Assembly: GCA_965203295.1 (NCBI GenBank)
Contig: CBDBCZ010000016.1
Coordinates: forward strand, 1,184,001-1,248,000
Source of the DNA: Nitrospirales bacterium
GTDB taxonomy: Bacteria; Nitrospirota; Nitrospiria; Nitrospirales; UBA8639
DNA: 64,000 nucleotides
Reading direction: 5' to 3'
The notes under the pieces are model-generated. The model did not search any database. It saw nothing but the letters and a program-made list of their open reading frames with translations, and was not told where the DNA came from. The translations under genes were made by a program, and so were the position numbers. Shown here in pieces: positions 1 through 23,732 of the stretch (positions are counted from its first letter, which is position 1; each line of letters starts with the position of its first letter).

Positions 1-338
1 TGCTAAGGACAACTTCACTACATGTACACTGTATTGGAGCAACTATAGAGGATCATTCATGTGTACAGTATACGTGGTAAATTCATCAAGATAGACACAT
101 GACTGCTGTGTACATGTGAATGATAAGCCCTAACCTCGTACCCAGGCCTCCTGCCCAGACCTTATCTGGCAGCCGTGGAGATAAGTCAGGTTACGATTAG
201 GCTGCGAGATAAAGTCTGGGTGGGAGGCCTGGATACAAAGCTAGATAAGCGCTGGCAAAATAGAATGGGGCCTAGCTTGTATATTTGAATTCACCTGTCT
301 TGCATGCTCAGTGAGGATGTGAACTATTGTTGCAACAG

Positions 339-12575
<12,237 letters not shown>

Positions 12576-12969
12576 ATATCAAAGTGATTAATGCCAATTT
12601 TTTTTAGTTTCTGAATTTCATTGGTACTGTACAGCTTACATAGCAGATTCAAAAGCTCAGTGGAATTGTATGGTTGTAGATTCATGTGTCAATTATTTAG
12701 CTATCAGTCTGCTTGATAAATAGCTCAGTGGCATGTTGCGAGAGTCAGAAATCCATGTGCGTCTTGAATTTAATGCCGAAGCGTTCGAGAAGATAATTTC
12801 GGATCCAGATATCCCACGCTATAATAATTTGACGCGCGTAGTCGATTACTGGCGCCGCGGCGCTCGTAAAGTAAACCCATAATCAAATAGAATGTTTTTT
12901 ACCGGGCTAATAAGTACTCTAGAATAATGGGTGGAGCAGTCAGCTCCGGACTGTGACCTTGTATGTTCA

Positions 12970-13251
12970 GGACCAGGGAGGGCAACTTGGTTTGGCAACT
13001 GCCACGGTGGTCTCGGACAGTATGGCCTAGGATCCGTCCGCTTCCTCCCTTGATTCCCAAAGCCTGACGCACTAAACGATCCAATGACGAGCCCCTGTCA
13101 TGCCTGTACCACAGCGGATAGGCGCCCGACGGGCTGAAGGCTTGGTCAGCTGGAACGACACTGCCCGTTCGCTTCGTGCTTTAACGCGGCAGTTGTCACA
13201 TGGCCTAGGGTCCCGTTGGGGACAAGATCCGAGGGTTGCCCATTTTTTTTT
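12970..13251 (+). ncRNA. Candidate structured Pol III-type RNA, 7SK snRNA-like
   Basis: Starts GGA. GGACC 12970-12974 pairs with GGTCC 13209-13213. AGGGAGG 12975-12981 pairs with CCTCCCT 13044-13050, closing a 5' hairpin. A terminal hairpin TGGG..CCCA (13217-13242) is followed by T9. Motifs GAGGGCAACTTGG and GTCCGCTTCCTCCCT resemble human 7SK GAGGGCGAUCUGG and GUCCCCUUCCUCCCU (recalled). Confidence 0.55.
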
Positions 13252-13414
13252 ACATTTACTAAGCTTTAATAGTCTCGTTCCCGCCCCATGCCCGGCCCAC
13301 AATCAAGGTGATCATGACGTATTTACAGCTATTTTAACCCCGTGTACATCAATGGACGTTCCGACATCCTTGTTAGCCGGAGAGGAATATCACTTCAGCG
13401 CACAAACTGCAGTC

Positions 13415-16400
13415 ATGCTTACCCCATCCTTTGACCTGAAGCAGGACGATGAGTTCGTAATTCTCAGCATCAGAGTGCCCTACGTCAAGGTAGGAGGAAC
13501 TGCGCGCTACAAACAGCAGATGTGTAGCTACATGTACAAATAGAGATAGCTGGATGGATAGATAAATCAGTTTAACAGGAATTGTCCCATCAATCAAGAG
13601 GCTAGTCTATCTGGGAGTCCTGAATTAGTCTCGCGTAGGCGAGAGTCTGGCTATGCGAGACTAGTCCGAATACCATACTATGGCTATAATTTAGACAAGA
13701 GTGTAGGTGGCATCAATGGTATAAATGGAGTCTACGTACATGTATTTCATACGTTTAAATTGCACCGGTGCTCTGCTGTCACAGATCTCAGAAGCAGAGT
13801 TCTACATCCATGGGAAAGATTTCAAGTTCTACTGTAAGCCGTACTTTCTGAGGTACGTCAGCAGAACAGCTATAGAGCGGTTGCAGCTATTCTGTATTAA
13901 ACAGCCCTTCACTTTGAAGATGGGTACATAGAGTCGAGAGTAGAAATCAAATTTTGGGCACACATGGTCAGTTCAATGTTTTCAGTACCAATCAGTTCTT
14001 TATTAGGAAAGTCAATTTTAAACTTTGCTGTTATACATACATATCTTTGCCTGCATGTGTCCACCAAAATCCTAAGAAGAAGCAGCCCAGATATATCACT
14101 GCTAAGAATCAGTGGATCCGTGAGTCTTTTTGATGCCATGGAAAACTAATTTACACTCAGCCCTGTATCTTGGTAAGTATGGCACTCTCACAGCTGCTTT
14201 AAATTAATTAAATTTCCCAAATATCAAACTTACATGTTTGTTCAAAATTTGATATCTACTTTCGACTGCCACATTCATCTATTACACTTTCAAAGGTGAA
14301 CATATACATCTGCACAGGGCCTAGATATAAGCAACTAGGAGAAGGGAGCTGCATATTCGCAAACGGCCACACTCATTACAAATGGCTTATGGATACTGGT
14401 CTAGAGTACATACATACATGCATATCTTATTGGATGGACAACCGTCCAAAATCACTGGATATTGTACGAATCTGGAATCTGTGAAGTATTTGGGCGAGTC
14501 CAAAGGATGAGCCATGATGAGTCCAATATCCAGTGATATTAGCACCACCATGATTATGTCTTGTTCATCAAGCCAACCAGTATCACTGAATACATTGGAC
14601 GGTTTACTTCATAGGAAATACTATACATAGTGATGCATGCTATAAGTACATGTACACTAGTACATAATCACAGTCCTTGGGGCATCCTGTCGGTGTTCAA
14701 GTTGCAAATGAAACTACCAGACTATGACCATATCACCATGGTGTGAGTAACCAGCGATTCTACTCTCTAATCTGTAGGCTTCACTTTCCTGAGGAACTGG
14801 TAGAGGATGGCAGGGAGAAGGCGTCTTATGATGTTGACTCTGGTAAGCTTAGTTCTCAGACCACTCTCTTGTCAGATGTAGATACATGGCCTTGGAACAA
14901 TTATAACATGTACATTGCCCAACTGTTAATGTACATTACCAATGCAACCACTTTTTCCCACGCTTATAGCACTCAAAGGAGGCCACACACAGGGATCATT
15001 GCTATACCAATGTACATTAAATCAGTAAAAGGTCAGTTTGGGTGAGGGGTTAAACTCCTCGGCTTGCCTTAGACTTTAAATTCCCCTCACCCAAACTGAC
15101 ATTTAACTATTACTTAATAGGCAGTTGTTCTGCGAGATTGTGCAATTGAAAACAGTAGTGTACTTGTACATGTACATGCAGAAAAAGAGCTAGGTTGGTT
15201 GCAATATATACCTCCACAAGGCCCTGTAGTTTATTTGCATTTGAACAGGGCAGTGTGAACAGATTTACAACTGAAATTTGCATCATTTTGCAACTGGGAA
15301 GTTACTGTACATTGAATTGATTAAAGCTGTCTGAGTAATTGGAATTTATTTGTTAGGGTTCTGTAATTTCCCTATACATTCCTGCTACGCATGTCATTGA
15401 CAGGCATATAGGAGCCTCCCAACAGGTCCTTATTAAGGTTTGCTTGTGTTGCTTCCATCCTGCAGCTGTCATTGTTGTCCACCTGTCGAAATGCAAACGT
15501 GGCACGCACTTTGAGAACCTCGGTATGCTGACCACCCTGCTCTCCAAGAAGCCTTCCAAGGACCTTTCTAAGCTCTCCAGTAGACCACTCATTGAGACAG
15601 TTGGAGGCAAGGAGTTTGTCGAGTGTTTCTTCGAATTCTAGTCTCACTCCCAGGATTCACTCCACAGCTATTTTTTTTTTGCACAGTGTAAAACCAACAG
15701 CATGATATGCTCCTACACATATCTGTATAGTAGGGCTTCTTGTGTGGGGTCAGCCTGAGTGTGTGCATATGCCAAACATGCATAGTGGAGGTGCTATGAT
15801 GAAGAATCAGTGATGGAGATGTACATGTCTGCACAACAAAGTAGACATAGCAGTGTTGAGGAATACAGTCAGACCCTACATTCCTCTCTTCTGCACTGTG
15901 GACTCTGCTCAGTCCGCCACTAAAAACTATTTGCTTCCTTTAGAGAGTGCTGAAGGAGCCACTGCTACCACTGCTACTGATGAAAACGAAGAGTTTGATT
16001 GGCAAGTAGATCAAAAGCTACCTGATGAGGTACACAATGCAGAGTGAAACTGCTCTGTATTAAATGTATATGATGGTGACCTGGACTAACCATCACTGAT
16101 TGCTGTTTACTATGCCATTGCATTCACCATTTTGAAGTTTAGCAAGTGCTATGGATACTAGTCAATATTTTACATTACTAAAATGTGGCCAGCATGTTTG
16201 AATTTTTCAGTCACCTTGCTAGCTTCTCTGGCTGGATGGGCTCCTGCCTCTACACAGTTTAACTAAAATGATTATATCCGCCAACTATATGTACTCTGTG
16301 TGTGTGTGTGTGTGTATTGACATGCACCCTTGCCAGCTTTGCTGCCGTTATATGTAGAGGTTTACTATAGTTACTCCCACTGACAATCACTGTTGAACCG

Positions 16401-19400
16401 CTGCAAGGAATGACAATTACTTTTCACAGAATACTCACATTTTGCTATGTACTTGCAGGAAAACAAATTGGTTGGTGCTCCCACTTACGGGTTCGCGTGC
16501 CAGCACACAGGTGTCTTCTCTAAGCTTCAGGTGAGGTATTATGCTGAAAACTTTTAGTGGGAGATCAGAGGAGGTACGTCAGCATCACGTGCTAAGAGGC
16601 AACTATACACATGCCCCGTAAGTATATCGAGCTATTTTACTTGGAAGAGAGGATCTGTGCGTTTGTGCTTTACTTTTCGAGAGGTATTCCAGCTAATGAC
16701 TGCTATAAATCAGCAGTCAATACTTTCTACCATCACTGAAGGCATCTACCGTATTTCTGGTGAGTGGCTAACCGTTATACTCTTGCAGTTCAGCCCGATC
16801 TTTAGGTCCATGATTTTTGCCTTCAAAAAGTAAGCCTTTTGAGCGGCTGAGCCCCTCTGAGCCCCCGGCAAAATAGCGAGAAAATCAAGGTTTTAGCTGC
16901 CAACTGCACTTGTACGCATGCGTAATAGCTAAAAGAACGCAATTAATCGTGCACGCTAGTGCATGACGTAATGCATAATTCAAACCTTGACGTACCCTCC
17001 TCTGGTGGGAGATATTACATTCCCACTTGGGCCTTACCCACTGGGTGTATATACCATCATGTATATTTGTGTTTTTTCACAGTTTTATCTCCACTGTAAA
17101 ACTCCACTTTTAAGGAGTAGCATTAACTACAACATCGCAAATTTATACACTGGAGGTCCCACGGGTTATAATTTTCATATTGTTTTTCAGGTTGTTGTTT
17201 GAGTTTCGGGTGTTGCATGCACATACAGATTGGATTGTTTTCTTTATCACGAAGATATTTCCAATACAGAAGCATCGTTAATGTTTGTATTAACTAGTAT
17301 GAAATTCTGTCTTTAGGAGGAGATTCCAAGCATTGTGGACTGTCCTGACCCGGATCACATGACCTCACATGAGAGGAGGGTGGCCAGAGTGGCACATGAG
17401 GAGGCCAGCTTTGACCCAGAGTACTATCTGTAGGTCGTGGATCCTGAGGCACTTGTCAATGAGGATTGTGTGACATGAGTAGCCTCGTTCCCTGCAAGGG
17501 ACAAAAGCTGTGCGGAAGCCTGGGAACGAGGCTATGACATGAGTACATAGAATTAGAATGCCTTCCTCGCGCCCATTTATCTTGCAATCGTGTTGAAAAG
17601 TCTGGAAGAATTTCTTGCAACATCACAGGTATAAATACTTTTTCTGAGAAGGACAAACTGAGCAGGCAAGCTTCTAGGGACAGACAGGACTTGAGCTGCA
17701 ACCAAGAACACGAAAAAAATGGAGTTTATCAGCCAGTCATCCCTGGTCTCTGCTCTCAGTCATAGCTATAGAAAGCAAATGTGGGACTCTACATCTATTC
17801 ACCATAAATCACAAGTCAGAACCTTGCAAGCAGTACACCAGCTCCACGTGTTTGCGATTTATGACTTTTTTCAACTGAGCTGAAGTAGTTTCCATGTCAG
17901 CTATGCACATCACGTACAAAGATCCTTTCAGGCCTCACTTTATTATTTTTCTTCACATGTGAGATAAAACCTGGGCCTGGCCCGGTTTGAGGCTAGGCTC
18001 ATTCATGGATGGTAACGGTTATCATTGCCACACTGCATGCATGCATCAATACACTACTTTGTTTTGCTTCCTAGTGTATGCTGTTCAAAAATATGAAGCA
18101 AGCACATGTAACTGCTGGCTTGCTCTAGCCTCAGAAACCTGTGGCCCAAAGAGGAAAGAGTAGCACATTTTGTGTTACTGTGCATGATGGTACGTAGAAG
18201 TACATGGGAAACAAGAAGTGTTCAACCGAGTTTCATTCAATGTAGAGCATACCCTATATACTTGTGTGTTAGATGGACTGTGGTGTTAGATATGCATGAT
18301 GTGCAGGATTCACGTGTGTGGTTTCCTGCATACTGCAGTGCTGACCTGATGGACAATGACTGCATTGAGAGTCTTTTGAAGTTTCGGCCACCTTGGAAAG
18401 AGGAACTGGAGAGATGGAAAAAACAGCAGTCAGAGGTCTCACCACCCTGCAAGTAAGAGCATATCTGAGTATGTTATGAGCACTGTAGAACATTAAACTA
18501 TATTTCTGCAGGCCTCCCTTAGAGCCAAACCAGAGTATATGTGAGTCCGCCTACTACATGGAGTGTCAATGGCTCCTGGCTCTTGTAATGTCTCTGTATT
18601 ATTTCTTCAGTACCATTTTCAGCTGAAGAAAAGGAACAGCTAAAGGACCTCCCTAATAAAGATTGTATCTTTTATTCTTCATTGCTCATCATCGTGTAGC
18701 CATTGCTGTGTGCATGGGGTACGTACTGTATGTTTATTGTCCTTAACTCCAAGCGCATAGACCTCCTAGACAAAGCCATGAAGAGAGCTCTCTACCTCGG
18801 GCTAGTCGACATCATATTCGCATATGCATATAACTATCGTACCAACATGGGAGAGAGCAATGTAAGGGAAAGTTTGAACTTGAAACAAAATTTATGTTCA
18901 AGTCATAGAGGCTTTGAGCACAAGTGTCGTATGGCAGTATGAATATTGATTGCAGTGCTCTTTTTTTTTGAAAGGTGGAGTCAGCATGGACTGTTTGCAA
19001 AATGAGTTCAACTCTGTCATGGCTTGAGGTATACATTCCCATATACATTATTGTCTCGCTAAATTAAAGAATACAAATAACTAATAGACTCAGGAGTGGG
19101 TGGCAAAAAAAAGGTGTGAGGGATCCGAAGGCCTGAGTACTAGGCTATATTGGTATTTTTAAAAGACAAGTTGGTTTATTGCACTATGCATATAATCCTA
19201 TATCATCAAATATCAGGTATTCAGGGGCAGTGTGCATGAGGTGGCGTACTGCAGCCTGAGGCGAACCCTCTGCTACCCTCTCTACAGACACTGGCAACTG
19301 GCACTAACAACACTGCAGGACACAAGGGACATCTTCCATCTTGGTAAGAGACCGGTATATATCACAAGTCATGTACACACACTAGTATAGCTGCTCACAC

Positions 19401-20541
19401 CAAATATCATAGATAAACATGCACAAATAGACATTCCCTTCCCCCAGTGATTGAATTCCTGGACTAATTAGAAAGCCGTGGCAGTGTGGCTTCAGATTGA
19501 GTATGGCATTGTTTTAGTTCACTAGAAATGCTATAATCCTCAATGCTAGCAATAATTAGGCTAAGTGTCTTAGTTCTGTATTTTATCCCTCACAAGACCT
19601 GATACCCATGCAGTGTATATACAATGAGTCTCAATACTTGACACTAATTCTTTCCTAAGTATATAAACATTGTGTACTCATGTACATAACTCTTATTGGA
19701 TGACTGTTTACTACATGCATGTTGTTAGGTCGCAGGAAGCTTCTGCAGTGTTTGCTTTCTCTGCATCGGCTCCTTGGATCAACTGAGCCCTACTACATCC
19801 TAAACAACCTCTACATCACTGACTACTGCATCTGGATCCAGAAAGCAAGGTTCGTATATCTATACACTTGTATGTGTTTAGTGTTTACACACATGTGGTT
19901 TATCTCTACAACGTGTAGCTCCAAGCAAATCCAGGATTTAGCAAGTGAATTAGATGAAGTAAGATATCAGTTTATAACATACCTATTTAGGTATTTAGTC
20001 ATTTAGTCCAATGTCTATCTACCCATAGGTGAAGATTGCTGTCTCCTCCATTGGCTGGGACCTAGTAGAACTAGAGCAAGCAGCACATCTGGTTGCCGCT
20101 GAAGAGAAAGAGGGGAGGCAGTCGACTAATCCAATAGGTTTCTCAAACAGCCAAGGAGCATCAGAAGCACTTCATGAAACTTCTGAGGCTACTATGGAAG
20201 ATGTCAAAGAGCTGGAGCCCAGTCCTTCTATGGGAGCTCACACCAGTGACCATATGAGTGCAGCTACATGTGAGTGTTGCCGTGAGCAGTCAGTTGCTAG
20301 GCTGGAACCCACTGTGCAGGCACTAAGTGTTGGACTGGAGAAGCTCTTGACGCTCAACCCTTCTGCCAAGAACTCTGATTTGAGCTGTGTGTGTAGTACG
20401 CCACTGATAGAAGAACTCCACCAGCAGTCAGACACGACCGACTCAGATTCATCAAGCGACAGCAATAGTCTAAGCAGTGACAGTGAAAGTTCAGAGTCTG
20501 ATTCTCAGCCTGCCCATCATGCTGATTGTTGTAAAACATAA
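13415..20541 (+). CDS. SHQ1: H/ACA RNP assembly factor SHQ1, 16 exons
   Basis: Exons 13415-13489, 13785-13852, 14778-14842, 15466-15606, 15944-16029, 16459-16530, 17317-17429, 18339-18452, 18512-18540, 18611-18664, 18761-18861, 18975-19028, 19217-19343, 19729-19849, 19919-19958, 20029-20541, phases consistent. N-terminus MLTPSFDLKQDDEFVILSIRVPY..DFKFYCKPYFLRL and motifs LVDIIFAYAY, NVESAWTVCKMS, RRTLCYPLYRHW and YILNNLYITDYCIWIQ are typical of SHQ1. Confidence 0.95.
14929..15113 (+). repeat. Dispersed ~185-bp repeat with 3' hairpin; second copy at ~40423-40608
   Basis: Near-identical sequence (..TTATAGCACTCAAAGGAGGCCACA..GTCAGTTTGGGTGAGGGG..CCCCTCACCCAAACTG) in a SHQ1 intron and a kinase-gene intron. 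Confidence 0.85.
16566..17004. mobile_element. MITE with 9-bp TSD in a SHQ1 intron
   Basis: TIR CAGAGGAGGTACGTCA / TGACGTACCCTCCTCTG; TSD GTGGGAGAT at 16557-16565 and 17005-17013. Confidence 0.85.
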
Positions 20542-22701
20542 TAGCTTAAACTTGCTATCAAATATATGTCATTGTGGTCCTTGCGGAAATTTTGGTGGTA
20601 GCGTGCCAGGTTCCATACTCATATACATGTATATAGATATATACATGTACATGTACCTGTACCTGTCACGCAATTTAACTTCCAATACAGGGTCAAGGTA
20701 GTCTATCGAGCTAGATCCTCCTCCATGTAAAGCTTGAGGAAGGTCTAGCAGAAGTTATTAATATTCAGGACTACAGCTCGATAGAGTAGGGTCAAAGATT
20801 CTGTGTATACATGTACGTAAAGCTATGGGTGCATGCATGTCTTAGCTATAGGTAACCCTGGCCCTGAGTACTATGTATCTGAAACCATTGAGAGCGTCTT
20901 AGCCACTCTATAGCTAAAGGCCCTCAAAGATCTGGACAGCTGTCGTCCTACGTAGCTTAAATCTGTGCAGCTGCTCTCTGATCATTTCTGTGAAATGAGT
21001 ATAATCATAATATTGTACATTATGCTATAAAGTCCAGCGAGGCCTTTATTATATTACACAAAAAGCACCATAGCCAGCTATAATACATGTCGCCTCCTGC
21101 CAGACCCTACTCACTTGTGCTGGAAAATGTTAATTCTGCCTCTATGCATGTACAACAAAGTTGAAAGCATGCCTTTACTATACAATGTGAAACACAGCAA
21201 GGACTCAGTGACATCATTACTTTATATAGAGTTTGTTTACTCTCCTGGGCACAATGTAGCCAGAATTGTGACGTTGCACATGCAGCGTCACGCTGAGTGC
21301 TGACACTAATAGTCTACAATCATGAATAGCCTTGTACCCAAACGCCCATACAAACTTCACGTGGCTGTGAATGCTGTTGTACTTTCATAAACCGTGAAAG
21401 CTGCGCTGTGTGTCGAAACTATCATGGAGTACGGTAGTACTCCATATGTAGGGTGGCCCCTAAAAAAAATGGCTTCCCCATCAAATGTGTACAAAATGAC
21501 ATGTTCAGAACTCTGCTGTAGGCGTAGTCTAGGGCGAATATGAGCCCTACCAGTTATTATAAGGCGTTTTCATCACTAATCAGACTGTTAGCGCTACTAA
21601 AGAGTATCACTTAAGTACCAAACCGGTAAGTAGCAAATCGGGCCCATTCGACTATCTTCTGATTCTGATTCTTCTTCCGCCAGGCTAGCGCAATAACGGC
21701 TCAGGCGATCACAATGATTCAAGCACGAAGACGCTGGATATTCCCTGGGGTATTGCACTCGCAGCATAGCGTTTTCAAAGAAACGAATAGGTTCGGCAGT
21801 GATTCACGAGTACTCTCGAGCGGAAGCTATTCGCGTTACACCATTTTGTTACATAAATATTACGTAACCGGAAGCTCAACCACGAGGTCTTGCGGTTAGC
21901 GGTACGGCAAAACTGACCTTCCAGTTCGGACCTTTATGAGCTTAACTGACTGCAAGCTGGACGGTCCTTTGCGTTGCACTTGTTGCTATTCTTGGAATTA
22001 CAAGGTACCGTGAAGCATGCCGAATATGCGAAAGAAGAGAGCCCAGAGTAAGTGTTACTACATCCAAAACCGTGTGTTTGCTGATATAATTTCTTGGAAT
22101 TGCAAGGTACTTTGCATGCAGTAAGCTTATGCCTAATTGAACAACTCAGCCTATCAGCATGTACAGAGAGCCTGTGCACTTCCCATATTTGATGACAAAT
22201 GGCAGATGTATAGTTGCCAATGAAATCAGCAGCTCTGAATATGCAGGCAGTATTAAGGGCCAGCAGCCTGTGAAATGGCACTGTAGCTAATAGTGAGTGC
22301 AACACAGTCACTGAAACAGAAGTAGCTGCCATAGTTCACCTCAAGCCGGCATTAATTTTGAGGATGCTTCTCACCCAGTATCATTCCACTCGTACCAACA
22401 CGCTTGCATACTTCCACACATCTGCAAAACTATACATCACAACACTTCTTTATACACAATAAAACACTTCCTTCTCAGTACACGTACATCCTTGTACAAA
22501 CAATCCAAACTCAGAAATCTCCCAAGAACCACACCATCAATCACAACAGCAGTCACACAATCCTCAATGGAAAAAACACATTATACAAAATGCAATTCAC
22601 ACCACAGCACAACTACCTACCTGCCAACCCCACTCGTAACATCAACACTCCATAACACTCCAAACCCTTTCATGCCATCTCCCAAAAAAACGCCCCAAAA
22701 C

Positions 22702-23654
22702 AAGTTACAGAAAAAGCACTTACCAAAAAGTGCAAAAACCAGTCATGTAGGGATGCACTTCCAGCAAAAAACACTTCCCCAAAAACCAACGAAACAAGCA
22801 ACAATGCACACCAGAAGGCATGCACAGCCTACCCACACATCACAGCGCGATGCATTTACCACGTACCTACCATCCCTACATCTTTCCAACCACACCCACC
22901 ACAAACCATACCACACACCCATACGCAACACCCTTCAACACACACCACCATCCACAATCATCACCATCCTCAATCGTGATACCACAACCACCCTCGCATC
23001 CACATCCACAATGATTACATTCACAAAACACAACACCCCACGCTACAGCCAACCCACACCTCCACAGCAACACTACTCCCATGAAAACCCAGTCCGCTCC
23101 ATTAATCCCACTCACAAGCACAAACCACACTCCCAATGAATATATCAACGCAGCAAACCTTCACACACCAACACGAACACACCACATTTAACTCCACAAC
23201 TCCCAATCTAGCCAAACACTTGAACCCACATCGACCTCCCCTATAAAGAACATCCACACACACCACAACACTCAACCATGCATCTCCAAACACTCCCAAA
23301 CCCCTATACAAACACCACCCTCAACCACTCACTTGTCCAACATTTACATATAATCAACACTTTCACCTACCTTCCACAACCATGCGCCAACACACTCACT
23401 CATTAGCAACAGACACTACATGTACCACTATTCCCATCTCACATAGACACCATTGGAGGGGTGTGGTTGGAAAGATGTAGGGATGGTAGGTACGTGGTAA
23501 ATGCATCGCGCTGTGATGTGTGGGTAGGCTGTGCATGCCTTCTGGTGTACATTGTTGCTTGTTTCGTTGGTTTTTGGGGAAGTGTTTTTTGCTGGAAGTG
23601 CATCCCTACATGACTGGTTTTTGCACTTTTTGGTAAGTGCTTTTTCTGTAACTT
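22702..23654. repeat. 196-bp inverted repeat (22702-22897 / 23459-23654) around a G-poor spacer
   Basis: Arms match with one mismatch seen; a diverged partial copy lies at ~46040-46142. Confidence 0.9.
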
Positions 23655-23732
23655 TAATATTATAGTGCTCGGTACATTAACCGAAGCTATTGTATAACTA
23701 GCTATTTGTGTACCAATTCAGCATTTGCGATA

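Noticed and set aside
12929..13251. SRP RNA, RNase P or MRP identity for the structured block
   Set aside because: Has UGUGA and CGCACUAA look-alikes but lacks the SRP54 helix-8 motif (CAGG-GNRA-AGCA) and the P4 GGAA/GAAAG consensus; 7SK-like features fit better.
13100..13414. Upstream in-frame extension of the SHQ1 ORF
   Set aside because: Homology starts at MLTP (13415); the extension runs through the candidate RNA and its T-tract.
22492..23139. 215-aa His/Thr/Pro-rich ORF
   Set aside because: By-product of the G-poor composition; overlaps a repeat arm.
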